Positions 7,985-17,069 of a stretch of DNA of 64,000 nucleotides are shown here, piece by piece (the stretch's first letter is position 1; each line of letters starts with the position of its first letter). A program made the position numbers and the translations under genes. The notes below the pieces were generated by a model. It was given only the letters and a program-made list of their open reading frames with translations, searched no databases and was not told the DNA's origin. This DNA is from Solirubrobacterales bacterium (GTDB lineage: Bacteria; Actinomycetota; Thermoleophilia; Solirubrobacterales; 70-9): NCBI GenBank assembly GCA_033856455.1, contig JAWVEZ010000106.1:4687-68686 (forward strand), given 5' to 3'.

Positions 7985-9538
7985 GTGGAGGCCGGTGGCG
8001 TCGGCTTCTCGGTCGCCGATCTGATCCGCAAGGGACCCCTTTCCAAAGGGAGTCCCGAGCGGGTCGCGCTGGTCTTCGGCGAGCGCCGGGTCACCTACGG
8101 CGAGCTCGACCAGCGCAGCGACCGGGTCGCCGCCGGCCTCACCGAGGCCGGCTTCGCCAAGGGCGAGCGGGCGGCGATCCTCTCCTACAACTCGGTCGAG
8201 TTCGTCGAGCTCTTTTTCGCCATCGCCAAGCTCGGCGGCATCCTCGTCCCGGTCAACTACATGCTGCGCGCGGCTGAGGTGGAGTACGCGCTGGAGGACT
8301 CCGGGGCCACCTGGCTGTTCGCCGACGAGCACGGGATCGAAGTCGCCGGCGAGGTGCTCGACGAGCATCCCGAGGTGCGAGCGGTCGAGATCGGGACCGG
8401 CAGCGACAGCCGAGGAATCGCCTACGAGGAGCTTGCCGCCTCGACCGGGCGGGCGCCGGGGCCCGAGCTGGTCTCGCCAAACGACGTGCTGCTGCTCCAG
8501 TACACCTCCGGGACCACCGGCTTCCCCAAGGGCGCGACCCACACCCACGCCACGGTCCTCTTCAACGCGATGCACCAGGTCCCCGACTTCAAGCTGACCG
8601 AGGACGACGTCTACATCTGCGCGCCGGCCCTCTGCTGGGCGGCCGGGCTGCACAACATCGTGATGCCGCTGTGGTGGATCGGCGGCAGGGTCGTCCTGCA
8701 GCCGAGCGGCGGCTTCGACCCCGACGGCCTCTGCGAGACGATCGCCGCCGAGGGCGGCACGGTGATGATCGTCGTCGCCTCGGTGCTCTCGCGGCTGGTC
8801 TCCTCCGGCGCCCTCGAGCGCCACGACCTCTCGCGGCTGCGGCTGCTCGCCACCGGGGGCGAAGCGGTATCCCTGCAGATGCTGGAAACGGTGCGCGGGG
8901 CGCTGCCGCAGACCGACGTCCTCCAGGTCTATGGCCAGTCGGAGTTCCCGACCCTGATGGCGCTGCTGAGCGCCGACCGGGCACTCGAGAAGCCCGCCTC
9001 GACCGGCAAGGCGACCTCGCTCTGCGAGTTGCGCGTGGTCGACTCCGAGGGCGGTGAGCTCCCCCCGCACGAACACGGCGACATCATCTGCCGCTCACCG
9101 GCGACGATGATCGGCTACTGGGAGAAGCCCGAGCAGACCGCGACGACGATCGTCGACGGCTGGCTCTGGACCGGCGATCGCGGTTACACCGACGAGGACG
9201 GCTTCCTCTACATCGCCGGCCGCAGCAAGGAGATGTACATCAGCGGCGGCCTCAACGTCTATCCGGCCGAGATCGAGGTGGTGCTGGCGTCTCACCCCGA
9301 CGTCAGCGAGGCCGCGGTCAGAGGCGTCCCGCACGATTCCCTCGGCGAGGTCGGCTGCGCCTTCGTCGTCGGCGAGGGAGTCGACCTCGAGCAGGTGGAG
9401 GCCTTCTGCCGCGAGCGCCTCGCCACCTACAAAGTGCCGAGGAGCTGGGTGCTGCGGGACGAGCCGCTGCCGCGCACCGCCTCCGGCAAGCCGGAAAAGC
9501 ACCGGCTCGAGGTTCCCGCGGAGACGGCCGGGGCTTGA
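7985..9538 (+). CDS. AMP-forming acyl-CoA synthetase (FadD/ANL family), copy 1
   Basis: LQYTSGTTGFPKGA (A3 motif), YGQSE, WTGDRGY, SGKPEK. GTG at 7985 is 2 nt after the upstream stop. The 7763 start in the track overlaps the preceding gene. Confidence 0.85.
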   Translation: MEAGGVGFSVADLIRKGPLSKGSPERVALVFGERRVTYGELDQRSDRVAAGLTEAGFAKGERAAILSYNSVEFVELFFAIAKLGGILVPVNYMLRAAEVEYALEDSGATWLFADEHGIEVAGEVLDEHPEVRAVEIGTGSDSRGIAYEELAASTGRAPGPELVSPNDVLLLQYTSGTTGFPKGATHTHATVLFNAMHQVPDFKLTEDDVYICAPALCWAAGLHNIVMPLWWIGGRVVLQPSGGFDPDGLCETIAAEGGTVMIVVASVLSRLVSSGALERHDLSRLRLLATGGEAVSLQMLETVRGALPQTDVLQVYGQSEFPTLMALLSADRALEKPASTGKATSLCELRVVDSEGGELPPHEHGDIICRSPATMIGYWEKPEQTATTIVDGWLWTGDRGYTDEDGFLYIAGRSKEMYISGGLNVYPAEIEVVLASHPDVSEAAVRGVPHDSLGEVGCAFVVGEGVDLEQVEAFCRERLATYKVPRSWVLRDEPLPRTASGKPEKHRLEVPAETAGA

Positions 9539-10557
9539 AGGCCGGAATCTGGGAGGGCGGCGGCACGATCTCCTGCGGCGAGGTCGAGCGGCCGCAGCCG
9601 GGGGCAGGTGAGCTGCTGGTCGAGATCGCCTACTGCGGCGTCTGCGGCACCGACCTGCACATCCTCGACGGCGAGTTCGACGTCGGCCCGCCGCCCCAGG
9701 TGCTCGGCCACGAGGCCGCCGGGGTGGTCGTCGCCGGCGGCCCCGAGACCGACCCGGACCTGATCGGCAGGGCGGTCGGCCTCAACCCGATCGGCCCCTG
9801 CGGCACCTGCGTCTGGTGTCGCGCCGGGCACCCGACCCACTGCCGCCGTCCGTATTTCAGCGCCAGCGCCTACGCCGAGTACGCGCTCTACCGGCCTCAG
9901 CAGCTGTATCGGCTGCCCGGCGGCGTGCCGCTGCTTGACGCCGCTCTGCTCGAGCCCTGGGCGACGGCGCTGCGGGCGGTCGAGACGGCACGGGTGCGGG
10001 CCGGAGAGAACGTGCTGGTGATCGGCGGCGGCTCGCTCGGCGTTCTGCTCGCCACCGCGGCGCGCGCTTTCGGCGCAGCCAGCATCACCGTCTCCGAGCC
10101 GCGCCGCCGCAATCGCGAGCTCGCCAAGGTTCGGGGCGCCGACGCCGCGGTCGACCCCGCGGTCGAGGACCTGGAGAGGCTCGCCGCCGCCACCGGTGAG
10201 CTGCGCGGCTTCGACGTCGTCTTCGAAGTTGCCGGCGTGGCCGCGGCCTTGCAGCAGGCGCCGGCGCTGTTGCGGCGAGCCGGCAGGCTGGTTGTCCTCG
10301 GTGTGTTCGGCGCGGAGATGAGGATCCCGCTCGCCCCGACGGCGCTGACCGAGCGCGAGCTGACGATTCTCGGCTCCTTCGGCGGTGGCGAGAGCTTCGG
10401 CCGCGCCGCCTCGCTGCTGTCGGCGGTTGACGCCGCCTCGCTCGTCACCGCGGTCGAGCCGGTCGAGAGGATCGCCGAGCTGTTCGGTCGGATCCGGGCC
10501 GGCGAGGAGGTCAAGGGGATGATCCAGCCGGGCCGTGGCGAGGATGTCGGCGCCTAG
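9535..10557 (+). CDS. zinc-dependent medium-chain alcohol dehydrogenase/reductase
   Basis: CGVCGTDLH, GHEAAGVV, structural-zinc Cys cluster GPCGTCVWC, and GGGSLG Rossmann motif. ATGA overlap with the upstream gene. Confidence 0.85.
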   Translation: MKAGIWEGGGTISCGEVERPQPGAGELLVEIAYCGVCGTDLHILDGEFDVGPPPQVLGHEAAGVVVAGGPETDPDLIGRAVGLNPIGPCGTCVWCRAGHPTHCRRPYFSASAYAEYALYRPQQLYRLPGGVPLLDAALLEPWATALRAVETARVRAGENVLVIGGGSLGVLLATAARAFGAASITVSEPRRRNRELAKVRGADAAVDPAVEDLERLAAATGELRGFDVVFEVAGVAAALQQAPALLRRAGRLVVLGVFGAEMRIPLAPTALTERELTILGSFGGGESFGRAASLLSAVDAASLVTAVEPVERIAELFGRIRAGEEVKGMIQPGRGEDVGA

Positions 10558-11789
10558 ACCGTGGTCGCGGTGCCGATTGCGACGACGCCGTCGTCCTCGA
10601 GCCTGCCGATCTCGGCCGGGCTGAGACCGAGCACCTCGGCGAGAACCTGCTCGGTGTGCTCACCGAGGGTGGGGGCACGACGAACGGGGACTCGGCCCGC
10701 AGCCGAGAAGTCGAGGGGCGAGCCCGGCATCAGGTAGCTGCCGACTCCGGGATGCTCGACCGTCTCGAACATCGGGTTCGCGGGCGAGCAGCGCGGGTCC
10801 TCGGCAACCAGCTGGCGAAAGGTCTGGTACGGGCCCCAGGAGACGCCGGTGCCGGCGAACGCCTCGCGGATCGTCTCCAGGTCGCGGCTCGCAAACCACG
10901 GTCGCAGCAGCGCCGCGATCAGGTCGCGGGCTTCGAAGCGGCCGCTCTCGGTGCTGAGGTCGTGGCCGGTGACCCGCTCGATCCCCGTGCACGCCTCGCC
11001 GATCTCGGTCACCTCCTGCAACGCGCTCCACTGCCGTGCGGTCAGCGCGACCACCATCAGGCGGCGGCCGTCGCGGGTCTCGAAGTCGTGTCCGAAGGCG
11101 CCGTAGAGGTAGTTGCCGTCCTTTGGGTTGTCCCTGCCGCCGAGCGTCGTCTCGGCGATCCGGCCGAGGTTGCCGACCATCGCGAAGGCGACGTCGGAGA
11201 GCGAGAGCCGGACCTGCTGGCCCTCGCCGCTGCGGGCGCGGCTGCGCTCCGCCGCCAGGAGGCCGACCGCCGCCAGGGTGCCCATCGCCACGTCCCAGGC
11301 GGGGAGGACGCTGTTCAGCGGCTCGGCCAGGTTGCGCGGCCCGGTCGCCCAGGGGAATCCGGTCGCCGGGTTGACGGTGTAGTCGACCTCGCTGGTGCCG
11401 TCCGGGTTGCCGGTCAGCGCGACCATGATCAGGTCGCGCCGGTGCCGGCGCAGGGACTCGTAGTCGAGCCAGCCGCGGGCCGGGAAGTTGGTCAGGAAGG
11501 TCCCGGCTTCGGACCCCGGGGCGGTGATCAGGGCCAGCGCCAGCTCCCTGCCCTCGGGCCGGCGCAGGTCGAGCTCGATCGAGCGCTTGCCCTTGTTGAG
11601 GCCGGCCCAGAAGAGGCTCTGGCCGTCGTCGGCCAGCGGCCAGCGACCGTGGTCGAGGCCGCCGCCGATCTGGTCGAAGCGGATCACGTCGGCGCCGAGC
11701 TGGGCCAGCGTCATCCCGCCCAAGGGGGCCGCGACGAAAGCCGAGCCCTCGACCACCCGCAGGCCCGCCAGCACCCCCTTGCCGTCCAT
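10554..11789 (-). CDS. family III CoA-transferase (CaiB/BaiF-like)
   Basis: MDGKGVLAGLRVVEGSAFVAAPLGGMTLAQLGADVIRFD is the family N-terminus. The ATG (cat at 11787-11789) was located by counting 411 codons from the stop. The remainder of the 711-aa track ORF is an Arg/Pro-rich artefact. Confidence 0.85.
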   Translation of the reverse strand: MDGKGVLAGLRVVEGSAFVAAPLGGMTLAQLGADVIRFDQIGGGLDHGRWPLADDGQSLFWAGLNKGKRSIELDLRRPEGRELALALITAPGSEAGTFLTNFPARGWLDYESLRRHRRDLIMVALTGNPDGTSEVDYTVNPATGFPWATGPRNLAEPLNSVLPAWDVAMGTLAAVGLLAAERSRARSGEGQQVRLSLSDVAFAMVGNLGRIAETTLGGRDNPKDGNYLYGAFGHDFETRDGRRLMVVALTARQWSALQEVTEIGEACTGIERVTGHDLSTESGRFEARDLIAALLRPWFASRDLETIREAFAGTGVSWGPYQTFRQLVAEDPRCSPANPMFETVEHPGVGSYLMPGSPLDFSAAGRVPVRRAPTLGEHTEQVLAEVLGLSPAEIGRLEDDGVVAIGTATTV

Positions 11790-11800
11790 CGGCGCCGGAC

Positions 11801-12997
11801 TCAGCTGGCGGGCTTGTAAACGGTGACGACGGCGGCGCCGCCGAGGCCGATGTTGTGCTGCAGCGCCACCTTGGCGCCGTCGACCTGGCGTTCGTCGGCC
11901 TTGCCCCGCAGCTGCCAGTTCAGTTCCGCGCACTGAGCGAGGCCGGTGGCGCCGAGCGGGTGGCCCTTGGAGATCAGGCCGCCCGAGGGGTTGATCACCG
12001 GGCCCTCGCCGCCGTAGGTGACGGCTTCGGCCTCGACCAGCTTCTGCCCCTCGCCCTCGTCGGCGAACCCGAGGGCTTCGTAGCTGATCAGCTCGTTGGT
12101 GCTGAAGCAGTCGTGCAGCTCGCAGACGTCGACGTCGTCCGGTCCCAGTTCGGCTTCCTCGTAGGCCTGGCGGGCCGCCTCGCGACTCATCTCCGAGCCG
12201 ACGATCTTCATGCAGTCGGTGTCGACGGCGAAGGTGGAGGAGAGGTCGGTGACCATCGCCTGGCCGACGATCTCGATCGCCTGGTCCCAGAGGTCGTGCT
12301 CGTCGACGAAGCGCTCGGAGGCAACGATCGCGGCGGCGCTGCCGTCGCTGGTCGGCGAGCACTGGAGCTTGGTCAGCGGCTCGTGGATCATTCGCGAGGC
12401 CTGGATCTCCTCGAGCGTGTAGACGTCCTGGAACTGGGCGTAGGGGTTGTTGGCCGAGTGCTTGTGGTTCTTCCACGCGATCCAGGCGAAATGATCGGGA
12501 GTCGAGCCGTAGCGCTGCATGTGGTCGCGGCCGGCGTTGCCGAACATTTCCGGCGCGAAGGGATTGCCCTCGGGTGAGCGCAGCTCGGCCATGCGATCGG
12601 TGTGGCGGCCGAGGGGGTTGGCACGGTCCGCGTAGCCGACGCCGAGCGAGCCGCGCTGCATTTTCTCGAAGCCGACCGCGAGAGCGCACTCGGCGAGGCC
12701 GCCCTTGACCGCCTCACGGGCCATCAACAGCGCCGAGGAGCCGGTCGAGCAGTTGTTGTTGACGTTGACGATCGGGATCCCCGAGAGGCCGAGGCCATAG
12801 ACGGCGCGCTGGCCCGCGGTGGAGTCGCCGTAGCAGTAGCCCGCGGCGGCGCGCTCGATTGCCCCGTAGGAGACCCCCGCGTCCTCGAGAGCCATCGAGC
12901 CGGCCTCTTCGACCCAGTCCGGGTAGTCGCCGGGCTTGCTTCCGGGCTTGTCGAACTTGGTCATCCCGACACCGATCACGTAGGTGCGATTGCTCAT
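11801..12997 (-). CDS. SCPx-type thiolase / lipid-transfer-protein (Ltp)-like
   Basis: [19 protein letters not shown], active-site region [11 protein letters not shown], and C-terminal GHPLGATG...NIGLGGA. Confidence 0.85.
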   Translation of the reverse strand: MSNRTYVIGVGMTKFDKPGSKPGDYPDWVEEAGSMALEDAGVSYGAIERAAAGYCYGDSTAGQRAVYGLGLSGIPIVNVNNNCSTGSSALLMAREAVKGGLAECALAVGFEKMQRGSLGVGYADRANPLGRHTDRMAELRSPEGNPFAPEMFGNAGRDHMQRYGSTPDHFAWIAWKNHKHSANNPYAQFQDVYTLEEIQASRMIHEPLTKLQCSPTSDGSAAAIVASERFVDEHDLWDQAIEIVGQAMVTDLSSTFAVDTDCMKIVGSEMSREAARQAYEEAELGPDDVDVCELHDCFSTNELISYEALGFADEGEGQKLVEAEAVTYGGEGPVINPSGGLISKGHPLGATGLAQCAELNWQLRGKADERQVDGAKVALQHNIGLGGAAVVTVYKPAS

Positions 12998-13177
12998 TTC
13001 CTCGGCTCTCTGCTCGCTTTTTAGGCGCCCAGCTCGCGCTTCTGGGCTTGGACTAGAGCCAAATCATAACAAGCTCCATCGCCGCTGCTTGTTTCGTGAT
13101 ATGTTGCCGCCCGCATTTGGGAAAGCAGGTCGGCGTTCAGGCGTTGGCGGCAACACCCGGAGGGTTAAACGAAAGGG

Positions 13178-14389
13178 ATGCAGATGAAGCGAATTTTTAG
13201 ACTGGGCGGTGCGCTGACCTGTTTGGCAGCCGCATTGCTGGCCATCGGCCTCAGTGCCTGTGGTGGCTCGGACGACAGCACCAGCAGTTCGAGTTCGGGC
13301 GCGAGCACCGAAGCGGGAAGCACCGAAAGTGGCAGCAGCGACGCCGACGCGGCGGTCGCCAAGGCCGAAAAATACCTCGAAGAAAACGGCAAAGGCGTGG
13401 GCGGTCCGCTCCCGACCGAGCCTGCCAAAGCCCCGCCCGGGAAAGACGTCTGGATCCTCTCCTGCGCCGAGGCTGCGAGCGGCTGTCAGACGATCACCGC
13501 CGGGATCAAAGAAGCGGCCGAGGAAGTCGGTTGGAAGACGACCGTCGTCGACGGTGCGGGCGACGTCACCAAATGGAACTCCGCGGTTGATCAGGCGAGG
13601 GTCGCCGGCGCCGACGCGTTCTTCGCCGTCTCGGTCGACTGTGCGCCGATCAAACAGGCTCTCGAACGGGCCAAAGCGTCGGGCATGATCACCGAGGGCG
13701 TCTCCGACTACGACTGCAGCGACCCGCTCGAGGGCGGCACCGAGCCGCTCTTCACCCACGTCTTCGAAGGCCCGTTCAAAGGCCCCGAAAGCTGGGCGAA
13801 ACTCGGCGAAGCGGGCGGTGGGCTCCAGGCCGCATGGGACATCGTCAACATCGAGGGCGACAAGAAAGCGATCCAGTTCACCTCGCAGGACGTCGCCGTA
13901 ACCCAGTACATCAGCAAAGGGTTCGAGGAGAACTTCGACTGCCCGGAATGCGAAATCGTCGGTGAGGTTCCGTTCCAGCTGACCGAATTGGGTGCGACGC
14001 TGACCCAAAAGGCCCAGACGGCGATGCTGAAATACCCGGACGCCAACATCATGGCGCCGCCGTATGACCCGGTCTCCGAAAACATCGCCGCGGCGATCGT
14101 CAATTCGGGCAAAGTCGGCAGCATCACCAATACGGGCCTGCTGGCCAGCCCCCCGAACATCGATTTGATTCGGTCGGGCCGTGGACAGGAGATGTCAGTC
14201 GGCTGGGACTCCCGCTGGTTCGGCTGGGCCGCCGTCGATGACGTGATCCGCCTGTTCAACGGACAGGAGCCGGTCTACTCCGGTTGGGATCAGGGCATCG
14301 TCGACAAAGACAACCTCCCCGAGGGAGACACGTACGTAGCACCCGTCGACTACATCTCCAACTACAAGAAGCTCTGGGGACTGGGTTGA
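13178..14389 (+). CDS. ABC transporter substrate-binding lipoprotein (type I periplasmic-binding fold, sugar/polyol-like)
   Basis: Signal peptide with lipobox LSAC followed by a Ser/Asp-rich linker. Adjacent to CUT2-type ATPase and permease genes. The alternative ATG at 13184 has better spacing from gaaaggg. Confidence 0.8.
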   Translation: MQMKRIFRLGGALTCLAAALLAIGLSACGGSDDSTSSSSSGASTEAGSTESGSSDADAAVAKAEKYLEENGKGVGGPLPTEPAKAPPGKDVWILSCAEAASGCQTITAGIKEAAEEVGWKTTVVDGAGDVTKWNSAVDQARVAGADAFFAVSVDCAPIKQALERAKASGMITEGVSDYDCSDPLEGGTEPLFTHVFEGPFKGPESWAKLGEAGGGLQAAWDIVNIEGDKKAIQFTSQDVAVTQYISKGFEENFDCPECEIVGEVPFQLTELGATLTQKAQTAMLKYPDANIMAPPYDPVSENIAAAIVNSGKVGSITNTGLLASPPNIDLIRSGRGQEMSVGWDSRWFGWAAVDDVIRLFNGQEPVYSGWDQGIVDKDNLPEGDTYVAPVDYISNYKKLWGLG

Positions 14390-14390
14390 G

Positions 14391-15983
14391 GTGAATCCAC
14401 CTACGGACACGGCTACCGCCCCCCAGGTGGCCCTCCGGGTGGGTGGCGTCGAGAAGTTCTTCGGCGCCACCCACGCCCTCCGGGGTGTCAGTCTGGACCT
14501 GAACCGGCATGAGGTCCATGGCCTCGTCGGCGAGAACGGCTGCGGCAAGTCGACCCTGGTCAAGGTCATGTCGGGGGTGCACCAGGCCGACGCGGGATGG
14601 ATCGAGCGCGACGGCGAGAAGCTCTCCGCCGAGGACGTCACCGCCGCCGCCGCGCGGGCGATGGGGGTCATCGTCGTCCACCAGGAGTCACCGATCTTCT
14701 CCTCGATGTCGGTCGAGGACAACCTCTCGCTGGGCCGCAAGTTCCCCACTCACCTCGGCCGCGTCGATCGCGGCGCCGTCCGCCGCCAGGCGGAAGAGGT
14801 GATCGAGCACTACGAAATTCCGGCTTCCCCTCGCACCCCGGCCAGCGAGCTCAATCCGGCCGTGCGGGCGATGCTCGCGATTGCCCGGGCGCTGCGCGAC
14901 AGCGAACACAAAGACCGCGGCGTCCTCATCCTCGACGAGCCGACCGCCGGTCTCAACGAGGCCGAAACCGACGACCTCCTGGAGGCGGTGCAGCGCTACG
15001 CCGACGAAGGACAAGCGGTGATGCTCGTCTCCCACCGGCTCGACGAGATCGTCGGCGCCTGCAAGCGGGTCACGGTGCTGCGGGACGGCTCGGTCGTGAC
15101 CACGCTCCAGGACGAGGAAATCGACCGCGGCAACATCGTCCGCCTGATGGTCGGCTCCGGCCTCGCCAAGGAGTACGAGGCTGACTCTTCGCGGACGATG
15201 GCAAACCTCGACACGCCGGTCGCGATGGAGTTCACCGACGTCGTCTCGGGCACCCTGCGCGGCGTCTCGCTGCGCGCCCACGAGGGCGAAATCGTCGGCC
15301 TCGCCGGCCAGCTCGGTGCGGGCTGCTCGGAGGCCCTGCGAGTTGCCTACGGAATAACTCCGTTCAGCGCCGGCGAGGTGACCGTCGCCGGCCGTTCGCT
15401 CTCCCGCGGAAGGGGAGTCAAGGCGCAGTCGGACATCGTCGGCTACGTCCCCGCCGATCGGCCCGGCGAAGGGATGTTCGCCGGGCGCTCGGTCCGGGAG
15501 AACCTCGGCGTCGCCGACCGCGGCGAGTACTGGAGGGGGGGCCTCTTCCGACGCGGCCCCGAAATCCGCGACTCGGCGGCGCTGATCGAGAAGTACAGGA
15601 TCAAGGCCGCCTCGCCCTCGGTGCTGATGACCAGCCTCTCCGGCGGCAACCAGCAGAAGGTCGTGATGGCGCGGGTGATGCGCCGCCACCGGCGGCTCCT
15701 GCTGCTCGACGAGCCGAGCCAGGGGGTCGATGTGGGCGCCCGCGCCGACATCCATAAAAGCGTCCGCGAAACGGCCGACGACGGCGCCGCCGTCGTCGTC
15801 GTCAGCTCTGACATGGAGGAGCTGGTGCGGCTCTGCGACCGGGTCGTGATCTTCGTCGACGGGCAGATCGCCGGCGAGCTCGCCAAGGAGAACCTGGACC
15901 GCGAGACCTTGAGCAACCTGATTCACCAAGACGTCCCAACCGGGATCCAACCGAGTTCAACCCAAAGCGGAGGAGAGGCATGA
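14391..15983 (+). CDS. ABC transporter ATP-binding protein with duplicated ATPase domains (RbsA/MglA-like)
   Basis: First domain has Walker A GENGCGKST. Second domain has signature LSGGNQQKV and Walker B LLLLDEPSQGVD. Confidence 0.9.
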   Translation: MNPPTDTATAPQVALRVGGVEKFFGATHALRGVSLDLNRHEVHGLVGENGCGKSTLVKVMSGVHQADAGWIERDGEKLSAEDVTAAAARAMGVIVVHQESPIFSSMSVEDNLSLGRKFPTHLGRVDRGAVRRQAEEVIEHYEIPASPRTPASELNPAVRAMLAIARALRDSEHKDRGVLILDEPTAGLNEAETDDLLEAVQRYADEGQAVMLVSHRLDEIVGACKRVTVLRDGSVVTTLQDEEIDRGNIVRLMVGSGLAKEYEADSSRTMANLDTPVAMEFTDVVSGTLRGVSLRAHEGEIVGLAGQLGAGCSEALRVAYGITPFSAGEVTVAGRSLSRGRGVKAQSDIVGYVPADRPGEGMFAGRSVRENLGVADRGEYWRGGLFRRGPEIRDSAALIEKYRIKAASPSVLMTSLSGGNQQKVVMARVMRRHRRLLLLDEPSQGVDVGARADIHKSVRETADDGAAVVVVSSDMEELVRLCDRVVIFVDGQIAGELAKENLDRETLSNLIHQDVPTGIQPSSTQSGGEA

Positions 15984-17011
15984 GCACCGCGACCCCCGAG
16001 AACCTGCAGGTGTCACCCGCTCCCCAATCACCTCCGGGTGCGGCTTCGCGGAGCCCCCTCTATCTGCTCGGTCAGGCGGCCGAGCGCGGCGGCCTGGTGC
16101 TCCTGCTGCTGGCCGCGATCGCCATCTTCGCGATCGTCGCGCCGGACACCTTCCCGACTTCGGCCAACCTGCAGAGCATCCTGCAGTCGAACTCGGTGCT
16201 CGGTGTGGTCGCCCTCGCCGCGGTGATCCCGTTCGTGGCGGGCCAGTTCGACCTCTCGATCGCCGCCAACGCGGGCTTCGGCTCGATGGTCGCCGGGGCG
16301 CTGATGTCGTTGAGCGGCTGGGCCCTGCTGCCCGCGATCGGCGTCGCGATCGCGCTGACCTCGACGGTCGGCCTGATCAACGGACTCGTCGTCGCCCGCC
16401 TCGGCGTCAACTCGATCATCACGACCCTGGGCACGGCCTCGATCCTCGCCGGGTTGATCCTCTGGATCAGCAAGGGCAACACCCTGGCGACCGGGATCTC
16501 GCCGAAGCTGCTGGAATTCGGCTCGGGGAAATCGCTCGGCCTTCCCCACGTCTTCTTCGTCCTGCTCGCGATCGCGATCCTCGCCGGCTACCTGCTGCGG
16601 CAGACTCCGTTCGGGCGCTCGCTCTACGCGATCGGCGACAACGATCGGGCGGCGACCCTGGTCGGCCTCCCGGTCGCTCGCTACACGATCACCGCCTTTG
16701 TGATCAGCGGTGCCCTGGCCGGTTGCGCCGGCGTTCTGCAGTTGGCCGCCGCCGGCTCCGCCGGCTCCCAGTTCGGCCCCAACCTGCTGCTGCCCGCGCT
16801 GAGCGCCGTCTTCCTCGGCGCCACCGCGATCCGCCCCGGCGACTACAACGTCACCGGCACCCTGATCGCCGTCGCCTTCAACGCCGTCTCGATCAGCGGC
16901 TTGCTGCTGGCGGGCGTCGCCAACTGGGTCCAGTCCGTCTACATCGGCGTCACCCTCGTCGTCGCTGTCGCCATCTCGACCCTGCTGAGGAAGCGACGGA
17001 CCGGACAGTGA
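15980..17011 (+). CDS. ABC transporter permease (RbsC/branched-sugar type)
   Basis: 343 aa, about 9-10 hydrophobic segments, ATGA overlap with the ATPase gene. Confidence 0.85.
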   Translation: MSTATPENLQVSPAPQSPPGAASRSPLYLLGQAAERGGLVLLLLAAIAIFAIVAPDTFPTSANLQSILQSNSVLGVVALAAVIPFVAGQFDLSIAANAGFGSMVAGALMSLSGWALLPAIGVAIALTSTVGLINGLVVARLGVNSIITTLGTASILAGLILWISKGNTLATGISPKLLEFGSGKSLGLPHVFFVLLAIAILAGYLLRQTPFGRSLYAIGDNDRAATLVGLPVARYTITAFVISGALAGCAGVLQLAAAGSAGSQFGPNLLLPALSAVFLGATAIRPGDYNVTGTLIAVAFNAVSISGLLLAGVANWVQSVYIGVTLVVAVAISTLLRKRRTGQ

Positions 17012-17069
17012 GGTTCGGGCTCGACTCACACAAGTCGATCGGCGCGACGCGCTACCTGCAAGGAGAGTC

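Noticed and set aside
10554-12689. Upstream extensions of track ORFs (10554-12689, 17717-21373, 39541-41847, 32934-35042, 53289-57014, 56860-58902, 7763-9538, 2300-3532, 28510-29547, 30863-32137, 43325-44329, 25964-27262, 42450-43550)
   Set aside because: In each case the family-typical N-terminus begins at an internal ATG/GTG/TTG. That codon overlaps or abuts the stop of the preceding gene, and the extension overlaps a supported gene in another frame. I shortened the starts accordingly.
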